From assembly GCA_028681575.1 (NCBI GenBank), contig JAQUHX010000003.1, positions 1 through 61,189 of the forward strand: 61,189 nucleotides of DNA, in the 5' to 3' direction. The notes under the pieces are model-generated. The model was given only the letters and a program-made list of their open reading frames with translations. It did not search any database and had not been told where the DNA came from. This document shows, piece after piece, positions 44,009-52,232 of the stretch. This DNA is from Patescibacteria group bacterium. GTDB lineage: Bacteria; Patescibacteriota; Patescibacteriia; Patescibacteriales; UBA12465. The position numbers were made by a program, and so were the translations under genes. Position 1 is the first letter of the stretch; every line of letters begins with the position of its first letter.

Positions 44009-45043
44009 ATGAGAAAGAAAAAGAAGATTTGGTTGTGGGTGCTTATTGGGTTGTTTTTATTTTTTGCTTTTTTTGCTTATATAAGTAAGTTTTGCAAACA
44101 CTACCCTAGAGAAATTAATTTAGAGCATAGTCCTAATTATTTTGGGGCGACTTTTTCTGCTAAGTATGCAACAGACTTGGGTTTAGATTGGCGGGATGTT
44201 TATCGGGCGACAATTTATGATTTAGGTGTTAAAAAAATGCGTCTACCGGCCTATTGGGATGAAATTAACCCAGAGGCAGGAGTTTATAATTTTAATGATT
44301 TAGACGAAATGGTTGATTTGGCCAGCCAGGAGGATGTTGAAATTATTATCGTTTTAGGTTATCGTCAGCCTCGTTGGCCTGAGTGTCACATTCCCTCTTG
44401 GGTGGTTTTAAAAGAGCGACCAGAACGCCAAGAGGCTTTACTTGAGGCAATTTCTGAAATAGTTGAACGTTATAAAGATAATCCCCAGATAGTTGCTTGG
44501 CAGATTGAAAATGAAGCTTATTTTAGCGCTTTTGGTGTTTGTCCTTCTCTTGATGAAGAATTTTTAGAGAAAGAGGTTTCTTTGGTTAAAGAGTTGGACT
44601 CAAGGCCAATTATGATTACTGCCTCTGGAGAGATGAGTAATTGGCGAAAAGAAGGAGACTTGGGTGATATTTTTGGGAGTACTTTGTATCGAGTTGTTTA
44701 TGATCATCGTTGGGGGTTTTTTAATTATTTTTTCGCCCCTGGATTTTATCGTACTAAAGCAAAGTTAGCCAAAATTGATTATCAAGAATCGAGTATTATT
44801 GAGCTTCAAACAGAACCATGGGTGCCGAATGGAAAAATTATTTATTTAAGTCAATCAGAAATTGACAAATCAATGAGCGTTGATCAATTTAAGGCTAATT
44901 TGCAATTTGCAATTAACACTCGCTTTAAAGATGTTTATGTTTGGGGGGTTGAGTGGTGGTATTGGCAGAAAATATACGGGAGCCCTGAGTACTGGGAGAT
45001 TGGTAAATTTATTTTTGATTCCACTGATTCTCTAGAATTGTAA
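44009..45043 (+). CDS. membrane-anchored clan-A (TIM-barrel, GH5/GH42-like) glycoside hydrolase
   Basis: 344 aa. N-terminal TM. PAYWDEINPEAGVYNFNDLDEMVDLA and IVAWQIENEAY (the NE acid/base motif of clan GH-A). Confidence 0.5.
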   Translation: MRKKKKIWLWVLIGLFLFFAFFAYISKFCKHYPREINLEHSPNYFGATFSAKYATDLGLDWRDVYRATIYDLGVKKMRLPAYWDEINPEAGVYNFNDLDEMVDLASQEDVEIIIVLGYRQPRWPECHIPSWVVLKERPERQEALLEAISEIVERYKDNPQIVAWQIENEAYFSAFGVCPSLDEEFLEKEVSLVKELDSRPIMITASGEMSNWRKEGDLGDIFGSTLYRVVYDHRWGFFNYFFAPGFYRTKAKLAKIDYQESSIIELQTEPWVPNGKIIYLSQSEIDKSMSVDQFKANLQFAINTRFKDVYVWGVEWWYWQKIYGSPEYWEIGKFIFDSTDSLEL

Positions 45044-46103
45044 AAATCTTTTTTTGGTTTTTATCGTGCCAATTTTTAAAACATTGCCCAGACTCGCTAG
45101 TCTGGGTTTTTGTTAATTTTAGCAATTTGTCAAAATCAAAATCGGCGCTAAATTCTGCTAAACCACAACGATTAGCATCATAGGCATTGCACCATTGTTC
45201 GTAATGATTTTTGCTTGGAATCATGAGGATTGGTTTTTGAAGATAAGCAGCTTCGCAGATTGATTCAAATCCCCCAGTGGAGATATAAGCGCAACACTTA
45301 GAGAGTCGATCAATAAACAAGGAGCCATTTATTTTGTGAAAGCATAAATTTTTTAAAGGAGTTTCTGTGGTTCCGGCTTCAAGTTTGTCCCAAAATGCTT
45401 CAACCTTTGTCTCCGGGTTTTTTTGTGCCCAATTACTAATAATATTGGCATAACCTGGATTTAAAATGTAAGAAAGAATAAAATCTTCAGGTTTAGCTTT
45501 CTGTTCTAAAATTGTTTGACGAATTAAAGGCGGGCAAACAAATAATTTTTTTTGAGGTTGGTCTGGGGAGTCAGAAAAAGAGAGGGCTATTTTTGCTTCA
45601 GAACCATAAGCAACTAGCCAGTTATAGATTTTTAAAAAGAAGAAAGAAAGCCAATGTTTTGGTGGTCTAATAAAATCAGGGTGAGTTACAAAAAATTGAT
45701 GCCCAATGGTAAAGCTTTTTATTTTTGGGCGAAAAAGAAAACGGTAGCAGCCAAATAAAGATTCATAAAAATTAATAATTAAATCAGGTTTTAAGGTTCT
45801 TATTAAGTGTTTTATTTTTTGAAAACTTTGCCAATAGACACGCCAACGAGAAAGATTAAAAAATAAGCTACGCCAAAAAATAATTCCTTTTTGATCTTTG
45901 CTGATTAAAAAATATGGACTATTTATGTAATAAATAGGCGCAGCAATTTCTTTTATAAAATATTCTGGTAAGGGGCGGGATGACAAATGATTAGTTACAA
46001 TACCGCAAATTTCATGGCCATCTTGGCGTAATTTATTAGCAATCGTAAGTGCCTGACTCATGTGACCGCGCCCCTCACTTTGAACAAAAAATAAATATTT
46101 CAT
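45009..46103 (-). CDS. GT-B glycosyltransferase (GT28/MurG-like, MJ1255-type)
   Basis: The start is taken at MKYLFFVQSEGRGHMSQALTIANKL (ATG 46103-46101; the track ORF extends to 46124). The C-terminal ISTGGFESICEAAYLQKPILMIPSKNHYEQWCNA matches the GT28 C-domain pattern. The 3' end overlaps the convergent hydrolase gene by 35 bp. Confidence 0.6.
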   Translation of the reverse strand: MKYLFFVQSEGRGHMSQALTIANKLRQDGHEICGIVTNHLSSRPLPEYFIKEIAAPIYYINSPYFLISKDQKGIIFWRSLFFNLSRWRVYWQSFQKIKHLIRTLKPDLIINFYESLFGCYRFLFRPKIKSFTIGHQFFVTHPDFIRPPKHWLSFFFLKIYNWLVAYGSEAKIALSFSDSPDQPQKKLFVCPPLIRQTILEQKAKPEDFILSYILNPGYANIISNWAQKNPETKVEAFWDKLEAGTTETPLKNLCFHKINGSLFIDRLSKCCAYISTGGFESICEAAYLQKPILMIPSKNHYEQWCNAYDANRCGLAEFSADFDFDKLLKLTKTQTSESGQCFKNWHDKNQKKIFTILENQWNQK

Positions 46104-46145
46104 AAGCTTAAAAACATAAAGCACCGCTATAGCGGCGCTTAAGTG

Positions 46146-46217
46146 AGCGGGTAAGGGGAATCGAACCCCTATCCTCAGCTTGGAAGGCTGATATAAAAGC
46201 CATTATACGATACCCGC
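46146..46217 (-). tRNA. tRNA-Gly (anticodon TCC)
   Basis: Reverse strand: acceptor gcgggta/tacccgc, anticodon stem tcagc/gctga with loop ctTCCaa, T-arm aggggttcgattcccct. Confidence 0.9.
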
Positions 46218-46290
46218 TAGCGTTATTATAATAACATAATTAAGCTCTCCGTCAACGGCGAAAAAGGGTTTTTTAAAATTTTAAATAATT

Positions 46291-47511
46291 TTAAAGGGAA
46301 TCCTTCATTCTGATTAAAACTGGAAAGGTGAAAAGACAAATAAAAAGAGCAACCGCAATAAAGACGTATTCTAGGGGGAGAAAAAGTAAGATAATTAGGG
46401 ATATAAAAGAGGCAATTACATAACCCAGGGGGGCAGCGGTTCTAAAAATATTTATTTTTTCAATATCATGGGTGTTAACATTTTTAAAAAAATAAGACTC
46501 TCTCATTGCTTCAATTAAGGCAACCCCAATTCGCGAAATAAAAAGGATTGTTGCCCAAAACCAAATATTGTTTGAAGTGCTGGTAAAGAAAACAGCTAAA
46601 CAGGCAATAATAATTAAAAATCCAAGAGTGAGCAACTCTTTTTCGCCGATGTATTTATCAGCTAAAATGCCAGCCGGTATTTCTATAAGCAAAAAAGGAA
46701 TTAACATAATAGAAAAAGCAATACTAAGTTCGCTCCAAGAAAAACCTAGATTTTGGTTAAGGTGAATTGGCAAAAAAACAACAGCGGCGTTTAGAAAAAT
46801 GCTTAATTGTCCAGCGGCAACATAGATTGCTAGTAAATTTTTATTTTGGATAGTTTCTTTTAAAGCCACCCTTAAAGGAGTTTTGGGGGCGTCAATTGCA
46901 GTATTTTTTAATTCCTTGCGGGCAAACAGAAAAATAATTAAAAAAGGAATCATTACGAGAGCTGAGATAAAAAAAGTTATTTCATAACCCTTACTTTCAA
47001 CTAGCCAAGCTGAGATGGTTGGAGCAAAAACCCAAGCCAAGTTCATAAAAGTTAGGTAAATTGTGCGCGTTCTTCCGGTTGTTTGATCATCAGAGTTTGA
47101 TTCTAAAAAAATATCTAAATTAATCCAAAGCAGGTATGAGGAGACCTGCATGATAATAAAAAATATAAATACGCTTAAAGCGCTACTACTAAGACTAAGG
47201 CCAATTAGGGAAAAGAAGAAAACAGAAATAACAACCCCAGCACTTAAATAATTACTTAAACGATTGATTATTTTAGGAAAGGTTAAAATAGAAATTATGG
47301 CAACAAGGTTGGCGGCAATATAAAACCAACTAACCGCAGAAACACCAACAAAACTTTCCATATAACTGGAGCGAATATAAGCAGGTAGGGCGTCGGCTAA
47401 GGCTAATAAAAAAGCAAACAAGCCAAAAATTATTAGTTTCTTTTGTTGTGTTTTTCTGGGAAAATCTTTATTTAGATTCCCAGTTTGGTCGGAGTGAGGG
47501 ATGTTTTTCAT
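46291..47511 (-). CDS. MFS transporter
   Basis: 406 aa, about 12 TM in a 6+6 arrangement with a central loop (ARKELKNTAIDAPKTP). The 5' end overlaps the lgt 3' end by 44 nt. Confidence 0.6.
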   Translation of the reverse strand: MKNIPHSDQTGNLNKDFPRKTQQKKLIIFGLFAFLLALADALPAYIRSSYMESFVGVSAVSWFYIAANLVAIISILTFPKIINRLSNYLSAGVVISVFFFSLIGLSLSSSALSVFIFFIIMQVSSYLLWINLDIFLESNSDDQTTGRTRTIYLTFMNLAWVFAPTISAWLVESKGYEITFFISALVMIPFLIIFLFARKELKNTAIDAPKTPLRVALKETIQNKNLLAIYVAAGQLSIFLNAAVVFLPIHLNQNLGFSWSELSIAFSIMLIPFLLIEIPAGILADKYIGEKELLTLGFLIIIACLAVFFTSTSNNIWFWATILFISRIGVALIEAMRESYFFKNVNTHDIEKINIFRTAAPLGYVIASFISLIILLFLPLEYVFIAVALFICLFTFPVLIRMKDSL

Positions 47512-48307
47512 GACAATATAAATAAATTAGGTAAGCAGTAATGGTAATAATTACTAAAGCAAAAGAAAAAAATTGAGGCCAGCGCCAAGAAAAAATTAAT
47601 GGTGCGGGGTCAATTTTAATAAACTCGAGGAAGAATCTTAGAAGTGATGCACTCGTCAGGTATAAAAATAAAATAGAAATAGATTTTTTTTCGCTTAAGG
47701 ATTTTGTTTTTTTTATTAAAAAAAATAAAGTAGTTGCTAAAATTAAGAGCCCTAAGCTTTCATAAAGAAAAGTTGGGTGAAAGAAGGAGAAATCTTCATA
47801 TCCTGGTGGTCTCTTGTTGGCTGAAATCAGAATTTTCCAAGGTAAGTTTGTTGGCTCGCCAAACAATTCTTGATTAAACCAGTTGCCGAAACGGCCAATT
47901 GCTTGGCCTAGGGCAAGTCCAGGGCTTAAAATTGCCGCCCAGTGCCAGAAGTTAGTTTTTTTCATTTTTGTCCACCACCAGAGAACAAGGATTCCTGCAA
48001 TTAAAGCGCCATGAATAGCTAGGCCCCCTTTCCAGATTTGAAAAATTTGTAATAAATTATTTTGGTAATAAGGCCAAAATAAAAAAACCTCGTAAAGGCG
48101 GGCACCAATAAAGCCCCAGAGAACTAAATAAAAAACCAAATCCCAAACTAATTCTGACTCTTTTTGAAAAATCTTTGCTAGATAGAGGGTGAGATATAGT
48201 CCAGCAATAACTCCTAAAACAATAAAAACTGCGTACCAGCGAATATTTAGAAGACCAAGAGATAAAAAAATGGGCTGTGGTTCAAAATTATGTAAAAAGG
48301 AAAGCAT
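47468..48307 (-). CDS. lgt: prolipoprotein diacylglyceryl transferase
   Basis: 279 aa. IRWYAVFIVLG, GARLYEV, KGGLAIHGALIAG and GRFGNWFNQELFG are the Lgt signature segments. Confidence 0.93.
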   Translation of the reverse strand: MLSFLHNFEPQPIFLSLGLLNIRWYAVFIVLGVIAGLYLTLYLAKIFQKESELVWDLVFYLVLWGFIGARLYEVFLFWPYYQNNLLQIFQIWKGGLAIHGALIAGILVLWWWTKMKKTNFWHWAAILSPGLALGQAIGRFGNWFNQELFGEPTNLPWKILISANKRPPGYEDFSFFHPTFLYESLGLLILATTLFFLIKKTKSLSEKKSISILFLYLTSASLLRFFLEFIKIDPAPLIFSWRWPQFFSFALVIITITAYLIYLYCHEKHPSLRPNWESK

Positions 48308-48308
48308 G

Positions 48309-48390
48309 TGCGGACAGAGAGACTCGAACTCTCAAGGGTTGCCCCGCTAGCTCCTAAGGCTAGTGCGTCTACCAATTTCGCCATGTCCGC
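48309..48390 (-). tRNA. tRNA-Leu (anticodon TAG)
   Basis: Reverse strand: acceptor gcggaca/tgtccgc, D-arm gcgaaattggtagacgc, anticodon stem ctagc/gctag with loop ctTAGga, long variable arm, T-arm gagagttcgagtctctc. Confidence 0.9.
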
Positions 48391-48462
48391 GATTTAATCA
48401 TTTTAAACTATATTTACTTAAATGTGAAGTAAGGTTAGTGAATAAATAGATGTTTTAAAAAA

Positions 48463-48490
48463 ACCCGCCCTTTTTTAAAAAAGGGCGGGT
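48463..48490 (-). terminator. intrinsic terminator after the 3D-domain gene
   Basis: 28-nt perfect palindrome acccgccctttttt/aaaaaagggcgggt (GC core cccgccc/gggcggg), with a T-run following on the minus strand. Confidence 0.7.
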
Positions 48491-48509
48491 TGGGATTTTA
48501 AATTTTTCT

Positions 48510-49190
48510 TTAAATTTCTTCTAGAACTTCAATTTTTGCAGTTTTTACACCAAATTTAAGGGCGTCTTTTTTTTCAACCATCCAAACATCAACTCGGTTT
48601 GAAAAACGCTTATTCATTCGATCGCGAACAACAAATACTTGGTCACCAAATAGTTCAGGAATGCGTACTTTAGTGCCTAATTTTAAGAAATTGGCGCCAA
48701 TAGTGTCCTCAATTCCGTGCTCACAAACATTAAAGCCGTTGGCGGTAATACAGGGAGAGCTATCTGTCTGGGCCGCCTCTGAGTTATAGGCAGTAATTAT
48801 ATGTTCACTCGTTTTGATAACACGGTATTTAATTTCTTCCTCTGGTTGGTTGTTATTCTGATCAGAAATCACCTGAGGATTGGCTAGCCGTAAAGCCTTC
48901 CCTTCCTTAACCGGTTCTGGGCTCAATCCGGGGTTGGCAATTAGATGATTAATAATATTTTGGGCTTCTGAGTCTAATTCAGAGCTTTTTAGAGGTAGGC
49001 TTAGACTGATTAGATCATCTTGAGTTTCGGTTTTATCTTTAAGGGGGTCAGTGATGCTAGCATTAGCTAAGGCTGGAGTGAAGAAGAAGAGAAATTCAAA
49101 GAGACAAACAATTAATAAATAAAGCAAAAAGCTTTGCCGTCTACTAAGAGGAATAAGATCCTCTCCGATTTTTTGGAGTTTAGTTTTCAT
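48510..49190 (-). CDS. 3D-domain (MltA-like double-psi beta-barrel) cell-wall-active protein, membrane-anchored
   Basis: 226 aa. N-terminal TM. C-terminal ITAYNSEAAQTDSSPCITANGFNV....IGANFLKLGTKVRIPELFGDQVFVVRDRMNKRFSNRVDVWM...ALKFG follows the 3D-domain pattern (vTaY....qTD..p..ta.G......iAa....pfGT.v.i.......y.v.DrM..r....iDi.....eA..fG). Confidence 0.75.
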   Translation of the reverse strand: MKTKLQKIGEDLIPLSRRQSFLLYLLIVCLFEFLFFFTPALANASITDPLKDKTETQDDLISLSLPLKSSELDSEAQNIINHLIANPGLSPEPVKEGKALRLANPQVISDQNNNQPEEEIKYRVIKTSEHIITAYNSEAAQTDSSPCITANGFNVCEHGIEDTIGANFLKLGTKVRIPELFGDQVFVVRDRMNKRFSNRVDVWMVEKKDALKFGVKTAKIEVLEEI

Positions 49191-49298
49191 AAATTATTTT
49201 TAGTCTCAAAATAAAAACCAGTAGACTGGTTTATTTCACGACCAACCTTTTTATCATAAGTATTGAATTAAGTCAAGAGTAGGGTTGTGGATAATACA

Positions 49299-49327
49299 TT
49301 GACAATTCAATTTAAAAATGTTAGAGT
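49299..49327 (+). promoter_or_regulatory. sigma70-like promoter for ORF 49363
   Basis: TTGACA (49299-49304), 17-nt spacer, TAGAGT (49322-49327). Confidence 0.5.
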
Positions 49328-49362
49328 CGTTTTAGAACATTAACACCTAAATATAACAGAAA

Positions 49363-49971
49363 ATGAAAAAATTATTATTAATTTTTGTTTTTTCGGGGCT
49401 AGTTTCTTTACTAGCAGCCCAAACAAATTCTGCTTTTGCCCAGCAAAAAATAATTGCTCTAGAAATGGAAGTAGAACAGTTAAAAAATGAACTCTATTTA
49501 ATAGAGACGTCAAAAACTAAACAACGCTCCCCAGAGAAGATGGGCTGTTGGGAGTTTAAGCGTCGCACTCGAGCTCAACACTTTAAAGTCAATGAAGCTT
49601 TGGCTGAGCAGGTAATTCGTCAGGCAGCATCAGAGAAAATATTTTATGATTCTGATGATCCGCTCTTGAATCAGGATATACCAGGATATGGTTTACCAGG
49701 GCTATTAATCAATAATAAGCGAGGCTTGGGAGAAAATGTTACCTTTAGGATTACTAGGCGCGGCTTTAAGGAGTTTGCTCCGCAAATTTATAGCCTTGTT
49801 CCCCAGGAAAGACTCTGGATAAAATTGCCGGCCGGTGAGTATCTGGTAGAAATTTCAATGGGAGGGAGATTTATTGGCTATGTTGTTTGTCCGGTTGACC
49901 CCGCTAATATTAAGCACGCGGATGGTCAGAAATGTTATTTTTGGGCCGAAAAAACCCTTTCAGATTTTTAA
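49363..49971 (+). CDS. hypothetical secreted protein
   Basis: 202 aa. Signal peptide MKKLLLIFVFSGLVSLLAAQTNSAFA, a short coiled-coil, and a C-terminal domain with three Cys. I recognise no motif. Confidence 0.6.
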   Translation: MKKLLLIFVFSGLVSLLAAQTNSAFAQQKIIALEMEVEQLKNELYLIETSKTKQRSPEKMGCWEFKRRTRAQHFKVNEALAEQVIRQAASEKIFYDSDDPLLNQDIPGYGLPGLLINNKRGLGENVTFRITRRGFKEFAPQIYSLVPQERLWIKLPAGEYLVEISMGGRFIGYVVCPVDPANIKHADGQKCYFWAEKTLSDF

Positions 49972-49989
49972 TTTTGAAAAATAAAAAAA

Positions 49990-50020
49990 GGACTATCATC
50001 AGGATAGTCCTTTTCTTTTT
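49990..50020. terminator. bidirectional intrinsic terminator
   Basis: ggactatc / atcag / gatagtcc forms an 8-bp stem, with A7 before it and a T-rich run after it. It lies between convergent ORF 49363-49971 and the first pilin-like gene. Confidence 0.75.
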
Positions 50021-50036
50021 AGATAATAGAATTAGT

Positions 50037-50450
50037 TTAGCCGCCAGCAACGCCACCACCACCACCACCAAAAGGTAGAATTCTAAATAAAGTGCTAGTG
50101 ATTATATAGGCTGCCAAAACAACAACCAGACCAATAACTGCATTGGTTAAAGTTTTTTTAGCTTTTTTGACTTCATCATCATTTCCTTGAGCGGTCATCC
50201 ATTTAAAACCAGAAACAATAGTGAGAATTAGAAAAATTACTCCTAAAAATCCCAGTAAAACTTGGATAATTGTTGCGATAATAAAGGCTAAGCTGGTTGT
50301 TTGACTTATTCCAGCCGCATCGGCAAAAGCTTTTGTTTGAGAATCTATTTTGTCGCTGTTAAAATCTGATGTTGTCGCCAAGGAGGCCGAGACAATGTTT
50401 GGTAAAATAAGAAAAAGGCCAATAATAATGGAATAAAAAATGTTTTTCAT
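50037..50450 (-). CDS. VirB2/TrbC-like (T4SS-pilin-like) small membrane protein, array copy 6 of 6 (last transcribed)
   Basis: 137 aa. Signal peptide ...PNIVSA|S, variable region, TM, SGFKWMTAQGNDDEVKKAKK loop, TM, then a poly-Gly tail GGGGGGVAGG. Its start overlaps the upstream copy's stop by 4 nt (ATGA). Confidence 0.7.
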   Translation of the reverse strand: MKNIFYSIIIGLFLILPNIVSASLATTSDFNSDKIDSQTKAFADAAGISQTTSLAFIIATIIQVLLGFLGVIFLILTIVSGFKWMTAQGNDDEVKKAKKTLTNAVIGLVVVLAAYIITSTLFRILPFGGGGGGVAGG

Positions 50451-50854
50451 AGTTTTGATAAAAAAGACACTTGAATAAACATCCAGATTGCGTAAGAAGA
50501 GATAATTATTAAAAGACCAGTCACCGCCTTGGTGATAGACCCTTGAGCCTCTTTAACTTTTGCATCATTCCCACCAGCAGTCATCCACTTAATACCAGCA
50601 AGAATTGTTAAAACTAAGAAGATAACTCCTAAAATCCCCAGCACAACATTGACTACCAGGCCGATGATAGTAGCTGCTGATGTTTCGGTGGCAGTTTCGG
50701 AAAAAGGCCCATAATTAGTAGCCGCGTTGTTTAGACGATCAAGGGGGGAGGCGTTTTTTTTGATAATATCATTGCCGGCAAAAACTAAGCCGGGAATTAT
50801 TAGAACAACGGTTAAGAAGAGAACGCTAAGCCAAGAAGGTAACTTTTTTTTCAT
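50447..50854 (-). CDS. VirB2/TrbC-like small membrane protein, array copy 5
   Basis: 135 aa. Signal peptide ...GLVFA|G, variable region, TM, AGIKWMTAGGNDAKVKEAQ loop, TM. Confidence 0.7.
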   Translation of the reverse strand: MKKKLPSWLSVLFLTVVLIIPGLVFAGNDIIKKNASPLDRLNNAATNYGPFSETATETSAATIIGLVVNVVLGILGVIFLVLTILAGIKWMTAGGNDAKVKEAQGSITKAVTGLLIIISSYAIWMFIQVSFLSKL

Positions 50855-50863
50855 AAGTATTTT

Positions 50864-51280
50864 TTAGGTAAAAATATTAAAAATAAAGAAGGCAATGGCA
50901 TAACTGGCCAAGATAATTAAGAGTCCTAAAATTGAGCTAATTAATCCCCCTCGAGCCTCTTTAACTTGATTTTCGTTGCCTTGGGCGGTCATCCATTTGA
51001 AGCCGTTAAAAATTAACAAGGCAAGAGCAATTACTCCCAATAAAGAGAAGGCAATATTGATTACTAAACCAACATAGTATTCGGGGCTTTGTGCTTCTTG
51101 ATTATAACCAATGTCTTTAGCAAAGTTGCCTAATTTGCCTTCTGAGGAAAAAGCACTTTTTATCCCTTTTTGGGGGACGGCGGGGCTGGTACTTGCATTA
51201 ACTGGTGCAAATAGTAAAAAACTACTTAAAATAAAGGACAGACTGATAAAAAAAGATGAAGTTTTTGAATAATTAAGCAT
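50864..51280 (-). CDS. VirB2/TrbC-like small membrane protein, array copy 4
   Basis: 138 aa. Signal peptide ...APVNA|S, variable region, TM, NGFKWMTAQGNENQVKEAR loop, TM. Confidence 0.7.
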   Translation of the reverse strand: MLNYSKTSSFFISLSFILSSFLLFAPVNASTSPAVPQKGIKSAFSSEGKLGNFAKDIGYNQEAQSPEYYVGLVINIAFSLLGVIALALLIFNGFKWMTAQGNENQVKEARGGLISSILGLLIILASYAIAFFIFNIFT

Positions 51281-51286
51281 AAAGAA

Positions 51287-51703
51287 TTATTCTTCGACTG
51301 TCGTTGGTGTTTCGCTTTCCACTTTTTGAGATGAATCTAAGGCGTTAAGAACAAAATAACTAACAGCGTAGGAGGCAAAAATAATAATTAAACCAATAAT
51401 TGAATTAATGAGAATTTTTTTAGCTTCACCAATTTTAGATTCATTGCCTTGGGCGGTCATCCATTTAAAACCAGAATAAATAATCAAAGCAAAGAAAATT
51501 AAACCTAAAATTGAAAAGACAACAGTTAGAACTTGCCCGACATAAGACTCAATAAAAGTGTCAGTGTTTTGGTTTGTTTCGTAGCCTAACTTTTCACCAG
51601 TTTCTTTAAGGCCACTTTCATTTACAAAGTTATAAGAAGCTTGGACGCTAAAGCCAAAAAATAAAGAAATAGCAATAAGAAAAGCGACTGCAAAACTTCT
51701 CAT
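51287..51703 (-). CDS. VirB2/TrbC-like small membrane protein, array copy 3
   Basis: 138 aa. Signal peptide ...FSVQA|S, variable region, TM, SGFKWMTAQGNESKIGEAKK loop, TM, acidic tail. Confidence 0.7.
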   Translation of the reverse strand: MRSFAVAFLIAISLFFGFSVQASYNFVNESGLKETGEKLGYETNQNTDTFIESYVGQVLTVVFSILGLIFFALIIYSGFKWMTAQGNESKIGEAKKILINSIIGLIIIFASYAVSYFVLNALDSSQKVESETPTTVEE

Positions 51704-51705
51704 AA

Positions 51706-52128
51706 TTAACTGGTTAATTGATTGCCAATGAAGGCAGTTAAAGAATAGGCTGCGGTAATGATAATTAAACCAATAATAGCGTTCATTAGTAAATCTTTGG
51801 CTTTTTTGATTTGGGCATCATTTCCTTGGGCAGTCATCCAAATGAATCCCGCGTAAATAGTAATGGCTAAAAAGATAACTCCCAAAAAGGAAAGAATTAA
51901 AGAAATGATGTCGGTAATTCGGTTTGTTAAAATATCTTGAGGATTTTTATCAACTTGAGATTTGTAAGCGTCAATACCGTCTTTCGAGTTACTTCCTTTT
52001 ACTGCTTCGTTTAGGCCGTCTAATGTTTTTTGGGTCCCCTCGTTAGCGCTTGCTAAAGAGGCCGCCGGTAAATTAAGGCAGCAGAAAGAAACGAAAAAAA
52101 GAATCAATAAAAATCTAAAAGTTTTCAT
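51706..52128 (-). CDS. VirB2/TrbC-like small membrane protein, array copy 2
   Basis: 140 aa. Signal peptide ...ASLASA|N, variable region, TM, AGFIWMTAQGNDAQIKKAKD loop, TM. Confidence 0.7.
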   Translation of the reverse strand: MKTFRFLLILFFVSFCCLNLPAASLASANEGTQKTLDGLNEAVKGSNSKDGIDAYKSQVDKNPQDILTNRITDIISLILSFLGVIFLAITIYAGFIWMTAQGNDAQIKKAKDLLMNAIIGLIIITAAYSLTAFIGNQLTS

Positions 52129-52232
52129 AAAAAACTAATTACAGCTGCAAGTCGCAATTATTTCCGGCTCGCAGCGGTAACCCCCATTAAAACAATGAGG
52201 GAACCATTTTTCAAGAATCGATTTCTGAAAAT

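Noticed and set aside
49286-49294. Perfect DnaA box TGTGGATAA in the 3D-gene / ORF 49363 divergent spacer
   Set aside because: It is a single isolated 9-mer. In about 122 kb of two-strand AT-rich sequence, one chance perfect match is not surprising. There is no cluster and no adjacent AT-rich unwinding element.
49191-49362. ydaO/c-di-AMP riboswitch upstream of the 3D-domain gene
   Set aside because: The leader is too short and lacks the GC-rich conserved pseudo-two-fold core. Only a simple hairpin is present.
50037-50070. Poly-glycine tail (GGGGGGVAGG) of the last array copy as a frameshift or slippage tract
   Set aside because: The ggt/ggc repeats are short and the ORF ends cleanly at a stop followed by the terminator. 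There is no evidence of an alternative frame continuing.
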